In this document: positions 1-11,456 of the stretch, in pieces | Numbering within the stretch: position 1 is the first letter of the stretch | Layout: every line of letters begins with the position of its first letter | Assembly (NCBI GenBank): GCA_001662655.1 | Contig: KV460206.1 | DNA from: Pseudogymnoascus verrucosus | Taxonomy: Eukaryota | DNA: 64,000 nt | Strand: one strand, 5' to 3' | Program-made: the position numbers and the translations under genes | The notes under the pieces: generated by a model | What the model saw: the letters and a program-made list of their open reading frames with translations, nothing else | Database searches by the model: none | Told to the model about the DNA's origin: nothing

Positions 1-2776
1 TGCGGAAGACGAGCACCTCACCCTTGGATTTCTTAGCAGTGACTATCTCGGTCATAAGCACATACAAGCCGTTGAAGAAGCTATGGCCGTTAGTGTTTGT
101 ACATATGCATAGACACGGAGCAATGAAGACGTACATAAGAAACCCAATAAGAATTCCAACGTTCCGCCATTTATGACCTCTTTGGTACTGGAAGCTGGAG
201 CCAATAAAGGATGTTCCCGACACATAGTCGCTTCCCGCAACAGAACCTACAGCTGAACATACTCGATTGGCCTGGGTGACGTTTTCATACCCAGCAACCA
301 AAGCGCTCGGGACGTATGACGTGCACAAATAATCAACGCCATGGAACTAAAGCATTGTTAGCCTTCTGTCATGAACCGTAATACTATAGAAAAGCATGAT
401 TAGCCCGTACCTCATTAATCATAAGAGCCTCGAAGCCATATGCCACAGGGTCAATGTAGTTCATCCATCTGCTCCAACCTAACATGTAGTCGATAGGAAT
501 GGCGAATCCAGCGAACATGACCAGGCCCAGAATCAATACAGCCGCCGGTACCATGGCTTGCGATAGTGTTCGAGACGATGCAGCGATAGTCCGGAAAATT
601 CCGGACATCGTAAGAACAGTCAGGTAAGAAACGAACAGAAAGAAGAAGAACGCCCCGGGTTCGCGTCGTAGGTTGGACATGAAGTCTAAGTTTGATGTTA
701 ATATCCCATTTTTAAACGCGCGAGGAAGTGAGTTTTTAGATTGACCTCAACAAAAGGGTAGAAGGGGCCTCTGGGTGCTTTCCTCGGTTGGGGCAACTTA
801 CAGAGTACAAGATTGAAGACAATGCTGTTGACAGTCTTATACGGCATGTCTATCAACATCGACGCGAATGCCTCCGCAGAGGGATGATAAAAGGCGTATC
901 GAGCATGCTTCTCGACAATAGGTCGTTGTGCGTAGAGAGTCAGGATTTCTAGAGCCGAGCTAAAGGCATTCATAAGAATAGCGAAGAAGATTAAAGCAGA
1001 ACGTTGGAAGAAACTGCCCGTAGTAAGTTGCAAGTTAAAGAAGATTGAGGTTATGATTAAGCCCATGATAATATTAGCAATGAGCTGACCGACTGTAATG
1101 GACGGGTCACCGATAAGTCGTCGATATGCACGCCAAAGGCACAGCCGCACCTGCCCAAAATAGGACAATGTGAATGGAGACTTGGCACGTTGAGACTTCG
1201 CCTGCTGAGCTCGTTTGTGAGCGCGGAAGGCTTCGGCGTCAGGGCCATTGATGGAATGAGCGATCTTGTACTCCTCAATTTCTGCCTGTACAGCGTTGTG
1301 CGCGGCGCTGTTCTTCCACGCCGTTGCAAACTCATCTGGGGTTCGAGGCACCCTGTTCTCGAAACCAGCTCTGACGCTGCGTTCCAGAGGGCTGGTCATG
1401 GATGTCAAGAAGTCCGGGGTTGTCTGGCGGGCAAGACACTCGAACCCCAAATCGATGAAATACTGCCTGGCAGAATCGGCACGGCCGAAAAAGATTTGGC
1501 GACCCTCGTAAAGAACAAGAGCTTTGTCGAAGAGGTCGTATGCACTCTGAGGAGCTTGGTAGATTGAGACGACGCAGGTGGTCTGGAAAAGATCCGCCTG
1601 AAGCTTCAGCGTCTTGCAGAATTCAATAGCATTAGCACTATCCAAACCTCGAGTAGAGTTATCCCAACATTGAAAAGGTGCACCAGAAAGGGCAGCCTCG
1701 GAAATGGTGACACGTTTTCTTTCGCCACCAGAGACACCACGAACGTACTCATTTCCTACTCTGGTATTCCGCGTGTGGCTGATACCAAACATTGCCATTA
1801 CAACATCCCTCAAGTGGTCCGAGAACATAGCGTGAGATACATTCTGTGGCAGACTCCGTGGGGCTCGGGCACGAGATGCGAAGGTAAGCGTTTCACCCAC
1901 AGTAAGCATGGGAAAGTGTACATCCACTTCAGCAGTGTAGATGGCCTCACCACGATGCGCAGTGTGGATCTCCGTGGCGGTCAAACCCTGGTAGTTGAAA
2001 TAGGCATCATCATCCACATATAGACCGTTCGTCTCGCCCGCAATCGTCTTGAGTAAAGTGCTGCAACCAGATCCCGGAGGGCCCAGAACAATAAGCATTT
2101 CGCCATTATGGACAACGCCGTCAAAGTCGCGCAAGATGTCGATGCGGCGCTTTCTGCCGTAGCCAAAGGCCCGACGCACCGCACCAGCAGCTTCTAACCA
2201 AACATTGGCAACGTCCTTCTGGTAGTCGGTTCCAGCGCCAAATCCGTACACATTTAGGTTCTGAAAACAGACGCCACTGGATCGAAATCCGGTTCCTTCG
2301 GCGGCTACCTGTTCGACAATGGATTTTGCCCAAGCGCGAGCGTTGAAGTTTGGACTATTAGGGTTCAGCGGCGAGTCGGGATTCGTGTGAGCCGTGAGCG
2401 CTCTGCCGAAAGGCTCGGCGCCAGAAACTCGGGACTGTGTGGTATATGTACGTGCGAGGGCCTGTATTTCTTCATCTTGCTTCCGCTCTTGCTTTAAATC
2501 GTTGCCGCCATCCATTCGGGCAGCATCAGCGTCCGTTGCCATCTCCTTGTCTTGAGTGACAGTATCAGTGTCACTACCACCAAACTCAGCGACTGAAATA
2601 GCACTAGATTTGATAAAGCTATTGTCGTAAGGTGTAGGTGTAGCGTCGGCGCCTAAGGGTACAATAGCCGGGTGTGAATTGTTGTCACCTACTGCATTGT
2701 GGTGAGGATTGATAACATCGGGTGTTCTGGCAGTGTGATCGTTGCTCCCGAAGAGATTGCTATCCATAAAGGCCAT
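1..2776 (-). CDS. PDR-type (ABCG) ABC multidrug transporter, 5' part; continues off the left edge
   Basis: Walker [14 protein letters not shown], signature [19 protein letters not shown] and YQAPQSAY are typical of PDR NBD1. Introns at about 801-686 and 410-347 join ORFs 698-2779 and 384-680 to a downstream exon (FHGVDYLC...KWRNVGIL). Confidence 0.95.
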
Positions 2777-2920
2777 CACGCCTAGTTGTATCTAACTTGG
2801 CTTGGCCAGGAATTGTAGTGGATTGTAATAACAGAGCAGAGAGAGTTTGCAATAGGAGTGATGGGTATATAAGAAAGGGTACAGGAAGCACCCCACAGCT
2901 GGCCACGTAAGGATGTTGGA

Positions 2921-3433
2921 CCGAAGCCCGAGTTTAGAATCAAGCAAACGGGACGCGCATCCATTACCCCTAAAATAGCCCTACATTTCCGCCGGGCCCG
3001 GCCCATATTCCGAACTAGGGAATACCTTTGGTGTTGGCGACTACATTATAGTATTATGTCTATCGAGATGTGGGCTGCTTGAACCAGGACCGGGTACTAG
3101 AGGACCCGGGATGTTCTCCAGTTCGGCATTCGGGGTACGTATTTTGGCCGCCACGACTCATAGGAAGAGACGGTTCTAGAGTGGAGTATCAACCTCGTTC
3201 CCATCATTTCCTAACTGTTGAAATGTTTTGCGGTCTCGGACGTCGGAGGTTTGAACTAGGTTGGGTTCCGGTTTATAGAACAAAGTAAATAAAGTTATCA
3301 AGTTAACGGGCGATGATTTGTTGTAATGCAATCCTAGCGATCCTAGGCACACACAAAGTGCCTAGCTTCGGTATTCGGAGACACTGTTAATCCGTGACCG
3401 AGATTATTACAGGAACAGTGCCACCGATTCCCG
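2921..3433. promoter_or_regulatory. Five CGG-N4-CGG direct-repeat motifs (candidate Zn2Cys6 binding sites) in the divergent promoter
   Basis: 2921-2930 (rc CGGGCTTCGG), 3124-3133 CGGCATTCGG, 3237-3246 CGGACGTCGG, 3369-3378 CGGTATTCGG, 3424-3433 (rc CGGGAATCGG). Confidence 0.55.
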
Positions 3434-3512
3434 AGAATCATCTAAGATTCCTCACGTTGTCTTCTCCTAGCCAAAGTTTCATCCGCGAAACTCTATTTTC
3501 CCAATCATTCCA

Positions 3513-6090
3513 ATGAGTGAGGCTCGCGCTTCGGCTTCCCCCCGGGCTTCCCCTAAGGGGGACACTGGGGAACAACCGGTTGCACAATGGGCATGCACCA
3601 TTTGTCGGGCACGAAAGGTATGTTGTGCAACATCTACGTCCTTGGCAACTGCTAAGTTCATGAGGTCAAATGTGATCGAATATTGCCAAACTGTACTGGT
3701 TGTTCAAAGAATCCCGAGGGCTGTAGGTATGAAGCATTACGGAAGAGGGCCGTACGCCGCTCGTAAGTTATCTAGCCTCGTCGGCGTCGATCTATATTAA
3801 CTTTAGCCAACTGCTAGTACTTACAAGGACATGGTGGAGCGCTTAGCAAAGATGGAGGGCGTCGTAAAGGAGTTCTCGAGAAGCAAGGTCTCAACACCGC
3901 CAAGTAACGAAGTCGAGGCGGAACCCAACTTGCATATGGCGCTAATGTCAGAGGGAACTTCGCCAAATCGTCTCTTCGAGCCAGTCTTTGAGAGTGACGA
4001 ATTCGTAGGTCCGGCTGCTGGTCAAGTGCCAGAAAACAGCCAGTCAGCCCTAACTGGATTTGAACCTCCTCTTAACCATAATGGAGCCGCCGTCGTCGAC
4101 AATGAACTAGAGATTGAGTATACAGGTATGGCAACCAGTCTAACTGCTTCCCTCAAATTAACGGTCTAGGTCCGTCTTTCATATTTTCCCTCCAAGGTAT
4201 CCTATGGGTCAATGAATTAGTTGGGGATGATTGTTTCGGTCGGGCAGTGGCCGCCTCCCTGACACCGACGTCGCTGCCACATAATCGTGGCAATGTGGGC
4301 ATTTCTGCTATCCACCCACTTCCGAGCAAATCAGTAACGATTGATTGTGCAAATGGTAACTATGTAGATCACGCTAGAGTAGCCCAGAAGCTTACAAAAG
4401 CTGTACAGAATACCTCGTGATACTGAACCAACATATATGCTTATTCGATGACCAGGAGATTATGGATGGTATCGAAAGGTATTACTCGACAGGAATATCA
4501 CCATCCCGGGGCTGGTTCACCGCAATTAATGTAATCCTGGGGCATGCTCTCCGGAAGCGTAGCGACATGGAGAACTCGGTTGAAAGTGAGAAGTATATAG
4601 GAAACGCGATGAGCATGATCCCATCTATCATGATGTCGAAACCGAACCAACTCAATACAGGCGCAATGTTATCAATGGTAACTTTTACACCGCTTAAATA
4701 ATGAAAGGGGCTACGCTAATTCATTTAGACGGCATACTTCATGCTTCTCTGTGAGAATCAGACTGCTATAATGATTCTGGCAGCTGCGATACAGTCAATG
4801 ATCTTGTGCGGTTACGACAATCCGAGAAGACGGCCTGGCCAAACCGATGAGGATAAACTTCTCGAAAGACGATTATTTTGGCAAGCCTTTGTTTTTGATC
4901 ATGACCTGGCTTTGCAGATTGGAAAACCACCGATGATTGGGCCCGACTTCATAATCGACTTGCGGGATGATCTGCCAGAGGATGGAACAGGGACGGTGTC
5001 GTTCGACAACGGCGTTACTCTTAATATCTTGCGAGAGCACGTAAGCTTAGCCCTGATAAAGAGAAAGGCTTATTCACTTCTCTACGCCAAAGATGCTGTC
5101 ACGAGGCGCGATGACGAGGTCGTAAAAATCATTTCTGACCTCGATTTCGAGCTCTACAACTGGAAACTACACATTCCGGAGATTACAAAGTCTGATAGGC
5201 CAGAGCAAGATGAGAAAGATTTCGGATTAATGTCTCTCACCATGATGCATTACAATTATTACCAGTTAATAATCGTGGTCCATTCATTTATCTTTCAATG
5301 TTCGAATTTGGTCGAGTCGGATGACAACTTTGGGAACATATTGTCAAGTGTTGCTCTTTGCGTAGGAGCCGCGAGGGCAACGGTGTCCTTACTCGATTTT
5401 CATGAAGATCGCCACCCATTCAGCATGTATGTTTGAACTTACTATTTATCGAAATTACACACTAATGTATCTTTAAGGTTTCTCTTGAATAATATATCCT
5501 GGAGTCTCGATATCATCTTTATCAACATCCTGCAGAACAAGGGAACTATTAGTGCTCGGGAGGATCTTAACCTGCTAGGGAGGATTGTTTCCCTTTTCAA
5601 AAAATACTATCCAAATTACACACACTCCATCTCTTTTCGAATTGCCAAAGTTTTCTATCAGGTTGCCTGGAAGGCTCTCCAGAATCACGCTTTCTACCAA
5701 ACCCCTCCACCAAACAACGTCCCTCCACCACCTGACGTTCCTCTATATAATGCTTGGGACAGGCATCTACAGACAAAGGTAGTCCCCGGCAATACATCTA
5801 CCTATAATGCATTAGAACCATCCACCCAGATACGATTCTACAATCAACAAACAGTCACGCAATCTACTCTTCCCTCGGATCAACAAGGAATAACATCACC
5901 GTTCAATCTTCAAACAAATGAGCAATTCCACAATCTCGGACTAGACAACAATACAAGCAATAACATAGTTTGGAGCAGTAATGATCAGAGGGGACCGAAT
6001 GCAGAATTTCGCTTATCTCTAGGTCTAGATCCACAATACTGGCAAGGCTTATGGACAACGGCAGCAGAATGGGAAGGGAATACAAATTAG
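3513..6090 (+). CDS. Zn(II)2Cys6 transcription factor with fungal-specific middle homology region (multi-exon)
   Basis: Splicing out 3618-3664 gives CTICRARKVKCDRILPNCTGCSKNPEGC (C-x2-C-x6-C-x6-C-x2-C-x6-C). A later exon carries ERRLFWQAFVFDHDLALQIGKPP, a Fungal_trans-type motif. Confidence 0.9.
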
Positions 6091-6652
6091 TTTTGTATTA
6101 TGGTTCGAACTTGGATAGATATACAGACGAGACAACTGTTTGAAGCTTTTTAGAAAGACGAGGATGAACACCCTGTAATAATCACTTGTGGATGCTCCGG
6201 CAATAGCTGTGTTAATAATGTTCGAATAATTTTTATCGGCCGTTCCTTACAAAAATGGGTTTGGGTGAGGCCGAGATGTCACCAACCGACGTAAAAAGCA
6301 TGAGATCGGTGGATAAGTATCCACTCTAGTATTTAAGTTCTGGCAACGTAAGGTAAATACTTAAACCGCAAGTTTATAGAGCATCGGATTTACCTAGCTA
6401 CTTTCGCTCTAGGGTTGGGCCCCCTACTTAGTTGTTAGACTCAAAGGGATGTCTCACGCTATCAAGGTTCTAACATCATATTTCCTGAAATTATTCTACG
6501 TTGCTACTCCTGGCTATTGCTACTCCTGGCTACTGCACTTCGCGTGCCGAAAGTGATAATTTCGCTTTAGCGTAAGAAACCCACGCAACGCGTAGATGCA
6601 ATCGCAATAGTGTAAGTGACGCTACATATACTGCTTTACAAGAGAGCCTTTC

Positions 6653-6713
6653 ACATACGACCATAGACTCAAGATAATTGGACATCCCGTCCGCTGTGCC
6701 ATACACAAGCTTG
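6653..6713 (+). rRNA. 5S rRNA gene, 5' half (nt 1-61), interrupted by an insertion
   Basis: ACATACGACCATAGACTCAAG...CATCCCGTCCGCT...CAAGCTTG matches the ascomycete 5S 5' end. A TATA-like TACATATA lies about 30 nt upstream. Confidence 0.92.
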
Positions 6714-7094
6714 TAATCCAGTGGATTAATACTCTCAATCGTGCCAATAGGCATAGCCTGGAATCTGAGCCCCTTGCCGCCTCAAGGGTGATCTTGGGGT
6801 GAAGAGCGGGTGAGCAGGGTGAGCAGGGCGAGAAGATGCAACGTTTTTCGTGTCAATTTCGTGGCAATGTCGTGCCGCTCCATTAACAAGGGACGACCTG
6901 TTGCCTCACCTCAATTGTCTGCTGGAGGCGTATACCCGTCAGCATCCGGCCCAAGTGGACGAGCACCATTGCTTTGGCTGGCTGCCTTGTCCGGATGAGC
7001 AAGCGAGGGAAGTCTCGTCGAAGGTACCGTTAATATATCTTTCTTCTCACTCCAATCTATACACAACCCTCTCTCGTACACCCAACAAGCTAGT

Positions 7095-8921
7095 TTAGTG
7101 AAGCGCAAACTTCGACCTAGCCCTCAGCTTTGCGCCGAAGATCCAGAGCAAAAACATACCCACAATCCCAATCACACTCAGCCCACCTAAAACGCTCGTC
7201 CCCCTACCGATTCCGAGGTTCTTGTACAACGGATGCGCGTATAAGATTGACGCACACGCGGACGCGCTGCGCAGGAAGTCATTAGCAGCGAAAAGGCTAG
7301 CTGCGTACTGGGGGTACGATATCGGGACATAGGTGAAGATGCACTGCATAACGACGAAGACGGTAGCGGCGTAGATAACGATGCCTATGGTTGGGACAAC
7401 CCAACTTATGCTTGGCCGCGCGGTCCACTAAACGAATTAGCTTGTGATTCGGTTGCTGACATGAGGAGGACACACTGCAAACATGAATAGACCCACAGTG
7501 GGGCCGAAGCACGCGAAAAGAGCCGGCACGAGACGGTGCTCCTGCGCCCGGAGACCGTTCTTCAGGATATCAGGGATCATATAAAAGTGTAGGTAGGCTG
7601 AGTAAACCAAGACACCAATGAGACACGCAATAAGGATACATGTAAATAAGACGCCGATGGTGCCAATGGTAAAACCGTAGAAAACCGGATAAACTAAGGG
7701 GAAAACTTCAAAAAAGCTGTAGTAAATCCCATAAATGATAGCAGTATAAACGTTTACAAACAGAATAGCCGGGTCCTTGATGGTAATCTCCATTGGTTTA
7801 ATTAAGGCGTCCACGGCGACCTCGCGAGTGCTAAGTTTAGCCTGATCAATCTCGCTTTGTGACATAAGCCGAGACTCGCTAGTGAGTTTGCGCAGGCGCT
7901 TAGCTCTACGCAGGAGGATGTTTGGCGTGCTTGTCTCGGGAAGCACAGTGAACATGAGAATCACTACTGGGCAGGCGGCCCACAATATTATCCATAATGA
8001 CCACCTCCAGCCCTTAGCTTCTACGGCGAAGCCGCTTAAAAGAGGGCCTAACGCGGGCCCGCAATATGCTGCACTAACCCACGCAATGAGCGCATAAGGT
8101 AGGTATAACATAGATACCATATCGCTCATTGTTGCGGCTCCCGTCGCTAAGCATGGGGAGCCGAAGAAACCCTGTAGGAACCGAAGGACGAGGAGACCGG
8201 CAAAGTTGTTAACAAGCGCCGTAGGAAGCGAAATGATAGTGAAAAGTATCATGCTGATAATATACACTGGTGACCGACCGATTCTCGGGATTTCGCTAAG
8301 GGGCGAGAAGATGAGAGGTCCTATGCCATAAGCAAGGACATATAGTGCTAAAGGCAGCGAGGCCTCAACAGCCGTAATATGGAACTTTTCAATGACCTGT
8401 GGGATACTCGAAGTGTAGATGGCAGACCCAGAGTACACAACAAAAGTGTAAAGACATATGAGGAAGCCAACCCATGACTTCTTGCCTACGGACCAGTTCT
8501 GTGGGTTCGCAGGATCGTCTGTAGAATACCAGTCAACAAGTACTATTCCGTCAGCCGTCTTAGCTGGGTATATAGGCTTGCTAGTGGTGCGCTCGACAGC
8601 GTCCTGGATCTCAGTCTCTAGGCGTTCCTGGGTCAACTGTTGGGTAGTATGGCGGGAGAGGCTGCTTTGGTGTTCAATGTCCTGATTGTACAGTTCGGGG
8701 TCTGGAGTTGCGTATGGCTCATCGCTCTGCAAGACGATCTCCTCGTTCGGTTGCTCTTGACTGAGGGGACGCTCGATTGGCTTCTTCTCCGGCTTGAGGA
8801 GGGCTTTGTAAGCTTCTGGGATCTCATAGCCAGGGAGCTCTTCGGGGTATGGGAAGAGTCGGTTTTTAGTGACATATCTTAGGAGCTGACCTAAAGGGGC
8901 CTCTCGTATCAGGTCCGACAT
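7095..8921 (-). CDS. MFS drug:H+ antiporter, DHA1 family (Mdr1/Flu1/Caf5-like)
   Basis: N-terminus MSDLIREAPLGQ; motifs WYSTDDPANPQNW, SPLSEIPRIGR, LRFLQGFFGSP, LPETS. One intron near 7428-7476, and the last exon ends LRARSKFALH*. Confidence 0.93.
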
Positions 8922-9521
8922 GACAAGCATCTGATTAATGTGTATACTAGAAGTAATAAATTCCTTCAGGTGGGGATGTAGCAAGTGCCACCGATAGGAA
9001 GGTCAGTGAAAGAGACCACGAGAGGGAATTACAGCGATCTTGGAATGGAAAAGAAAATACCCACGAGACAGTCAAGAGTCTAATATATATACATCTCTCT
9101 CACGTAAACACTTACAAATGTAGGCCTCTCAGTAAATCCCAGCCTTACACGGAGTTGGTGGAGATGATGCGCGTTTCGGTCCAAGTGAGTACCACGTCTT
9201 TCGGTTAACTAACGCACTTATCCAGAAACAGATGATGCCATGCCGGCGGGACAGTGGGTTGATATCTCCTAGATCGTGAATCTATTGGATACTTTAGGAT
9301 GACGACGGAAGGGATTAGTGATCGGAAATAGATTCGGGTTGTGGATATGATGTTAAGAATGGGTTAATCTGCTCTTTCGAGAGCCATGGTCCACTAAACC
9401 AACATCAACAACCACAGTAGCGTGCCGTTGGTTATAGGAGGCGACTGTAATATGGCTAGGGATTGCAGCTGACGAACGGAATGCGCGCATCCATGTATCA
9501 CATATTGTACTGTGCCAACAG

Positions 9522-9921
9522 GCATCAGGAAGCACCAAGAAGTCCAACCAAACGAATTCTTGGTACGGGGAAACAGCGAAATTCTACGACGGTCAGTTAT
9601 TAAGCACTAGATCAGCAAAATTTGACGGCAATGGTACAAAGAGTACTTTCAGTATGGCGCATACTTCGCTTGCAATGGAGGTATCGATACACGGCTAGCA
9701 CATAGGCTGGTAGCTGATGGATGTCGTCATTTTAAAGAGGCGCCTGGATCACCATTAATAATGAAGCAAAGCAGTACGACGATACAACTACAACGTGATT
9801 TTTATGCTACCCTTACAAATGGTCTGGAAGCTTTTCTAGAACTACATTATGAAGCTCACGTGATTTGGAGTGGCGAAGATGGCTACGAAGTGACGCTCTG
9901 CCCCCGTCTTACCTATCTCTA
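9522..9921 (+). pseudogene. Degraded coding remnant of unknown protein inside the 5S-inserted element
   Basis: About 130 codons in one frame (EVQPNEFLVRG...KH*ISKI*RQWYKEYFQYG...VTLCPRLTYL*) broken by only two stops (TAG, TGA). No family recognised. Confidence 0.35.
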
Positions 9922-10122
9922 GTAAAGGCGCTTTGCTGCTCTTTCCATACTTTCACTTGCTTCCTTTGTGAGACCAGACAAGCTTCCGTTTCGGATTTGG
10001 AGATAATGTGGAGTTCGTTCTCACTCTCGGCTCGCGATGACGGTCGTGAGGGCATCAAAATCTTAAGGCAGCAACGCTCACCTGCTAGTCCAAATGGCAC
10101 TGTCTTGAGTATTAATCCACTT

Positions 10123-10188
10123 CAAGCTTGAGATCGGTGGATTAGTAGTTGGGTGGGTGACCACCAGCGAATACCCACTGTTGTATGT
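10123..10188 (+). rRNA. 5S rRNA gene, 3' half (including the duplicated 8 bp)
   Basis: CAAGCTTGAGATCGGTGGATTAGTAGTTGGGTGGGTGACCACCAGCGAATACCCACTGTTGTATGT. The end GTTGTATGT pairs with ACATACGAC of the 5' half, and CTTGAG pairs with CTCAAG. Confidence 0.93.
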
Positions 10189-10196
10189 TTTTTTTT
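10188..10196 (+). terminator. RNA polymerase III oligo-T terminator of the 5S gene
   Basis: Run of nine T starting at the last 5S nucleotide. Confidence 0.8.
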
Positions 10197-10802
10197 GGCC
10201 TTTTTTAAGTGGTCGGGGAGTGTGGCTGTAGAGAAATGGTACTGCAGGTGTAAGGGGGCTGGGCGCCGCGGCCACGAGAGGAAAGGGATTTGGCTACGAT
10301 GGCTGGTAGTGTGGAGTGTGGTGGTGATGACTGGTTCCTCCTTATGCTTATGCATGAAGCCCGTTGCGTGGGTGTGATGACAGTGAGTTGTAGGGGTTGA
10401 TATGTATGTAGGCTGCTCTCTCATTTTTATAAATCCCATACCGCCGCTTTTTTCCATCCTATACGTTAGAGTTCGTGGAATCAGCGGGTGCAGTTCAAGG
10501 CTTAGGTCTTTCTCTGGTGAAGGTGAGCAGGGGTAAGCTAGTAAACGAGCAGGGTGAGGCAAACCATCCAGGAGTCCTTAGTGCTCCATAACCAAAGTTC
10601 GGGTACCAATGCATCCTCCTGGGTGTCGTGCGTGTCGTGCGTAGCCTTGTACTACAGAGGAGGAATGAGGGGTTGAGATATATAATACGTAGATGGAACT
10701 CTCTCCTCAATTGGTTCCCTCTTTATTAGAAATACCTAAACGTTTTCGTTAAAAACTGCTGGCCGTATTTTAACTCTCTGTAATTCATTACAACAGGCAA
10801 CC

Positions 10803-11100
10803 TTGGAAGTTGCTGGGTTAGTTGTTGGCATAATAAGCCTTTACTCGGCTTGCTATAATCTCTACTCCGAAACCAAGGACTCGACAACGAATGTTACCCT
10901 GGCAACACACCAGCTAGATATTCACAGGTCAATTTTTAAGGCGTGGGCGTTCTACTGGGAAAGTAAGCTACTTGATCCAAACCACCTAACGGCGGACGAG
11001 AGCGGGGAGGATCAGGAGTTGGCCAATATTAAACTGAGGCGGTACTTGGCGAGGAACACATATAAAGCCAAAGGCATCGCCAGTGCGCTGTATTGTATTG
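10803..11100 (+). pseudogene. Truncated HeLo-like (prion-inhibition type) N-terminal domain fragment
   Basis: LEVAGLVVGIISLYSACYNLY...LDIHRSIFKAW resembles HeLo/HeLo-like N-terminal helices. There is no ATG, and the frame runs into retroelement-like sequence. Confidence 0.45.
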
Positions 11101-11234
11101 GTGGCGTCATGCTTCTAGCTCTGGCCCTTGGCGGAGCTGTGGGTTAATTAGAGCTTCAGGCTCAAGCTCACTCTCAAAAATCGGTGCCATAGTTGGGTCT
11201 TCCTGCTCAACTCCAATTGAGAGATCCTTCTGGG

Positions 11235-11456
11235 TGTAAAGCGTAGTACCTAGGGCCTCACGGGAGTCCAGGGAACCAGGTCAGAAGGCAGGAAGTGAGA
11301 TCGTATTGCAAGACAGTAGGTCTACGTATGTACAGCGACTATCGGCTGGAGGCCTCCTTCTGAGGCTTCCAGCTCCTTATATCCTACGTTCCTTCATACT
11401 CCACTGCCGGGCAGCCCCTGAGTTCAGGACGGCCCCACGTGATGGGCCGCCTTACA
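11235..11456 (-). mobile_element. LTR remnant (~222 bp)
   Basis: Termini TGTAA...TTACA and an internal TATA-like GATATAAGG on the minus strand. The 5-bp flanks do not match, so this is not a clean solo LTR. Confidence 0.55.

Larger units (their letters stand above)
6714..10122. mobile_element. 3,409-bp non-autonomous 5S-rDNA-inserted element (Starship-like ends) carrying an MFS transporter
   Basis: Flanked by the direct repeat CAAGCTTG (6706-6713, 10123-10130). Perfect 15-bp inverted repeat AGTGGATTAATACTC (6720-6734 / 10107-10121), extending imperfectly to 38 bp. Removing the insert restores a 119-nt 5S gene. Confidence 0.85.

Noticed and set aside
6501..6532. 16-bp tandem duplication TTGCTACTCCTGGCTA upstream of the 5S gene
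   Set aside because: A simple local slippage duplication with no link to the element ends.
10123..10188. Stand-alone 5'-truncated 5S pseudogene or 5S-derived SINE
   Set aside because: The matching 5' half is 3.4 kb upstream in the same orientation and the halves sum to 119 nt.
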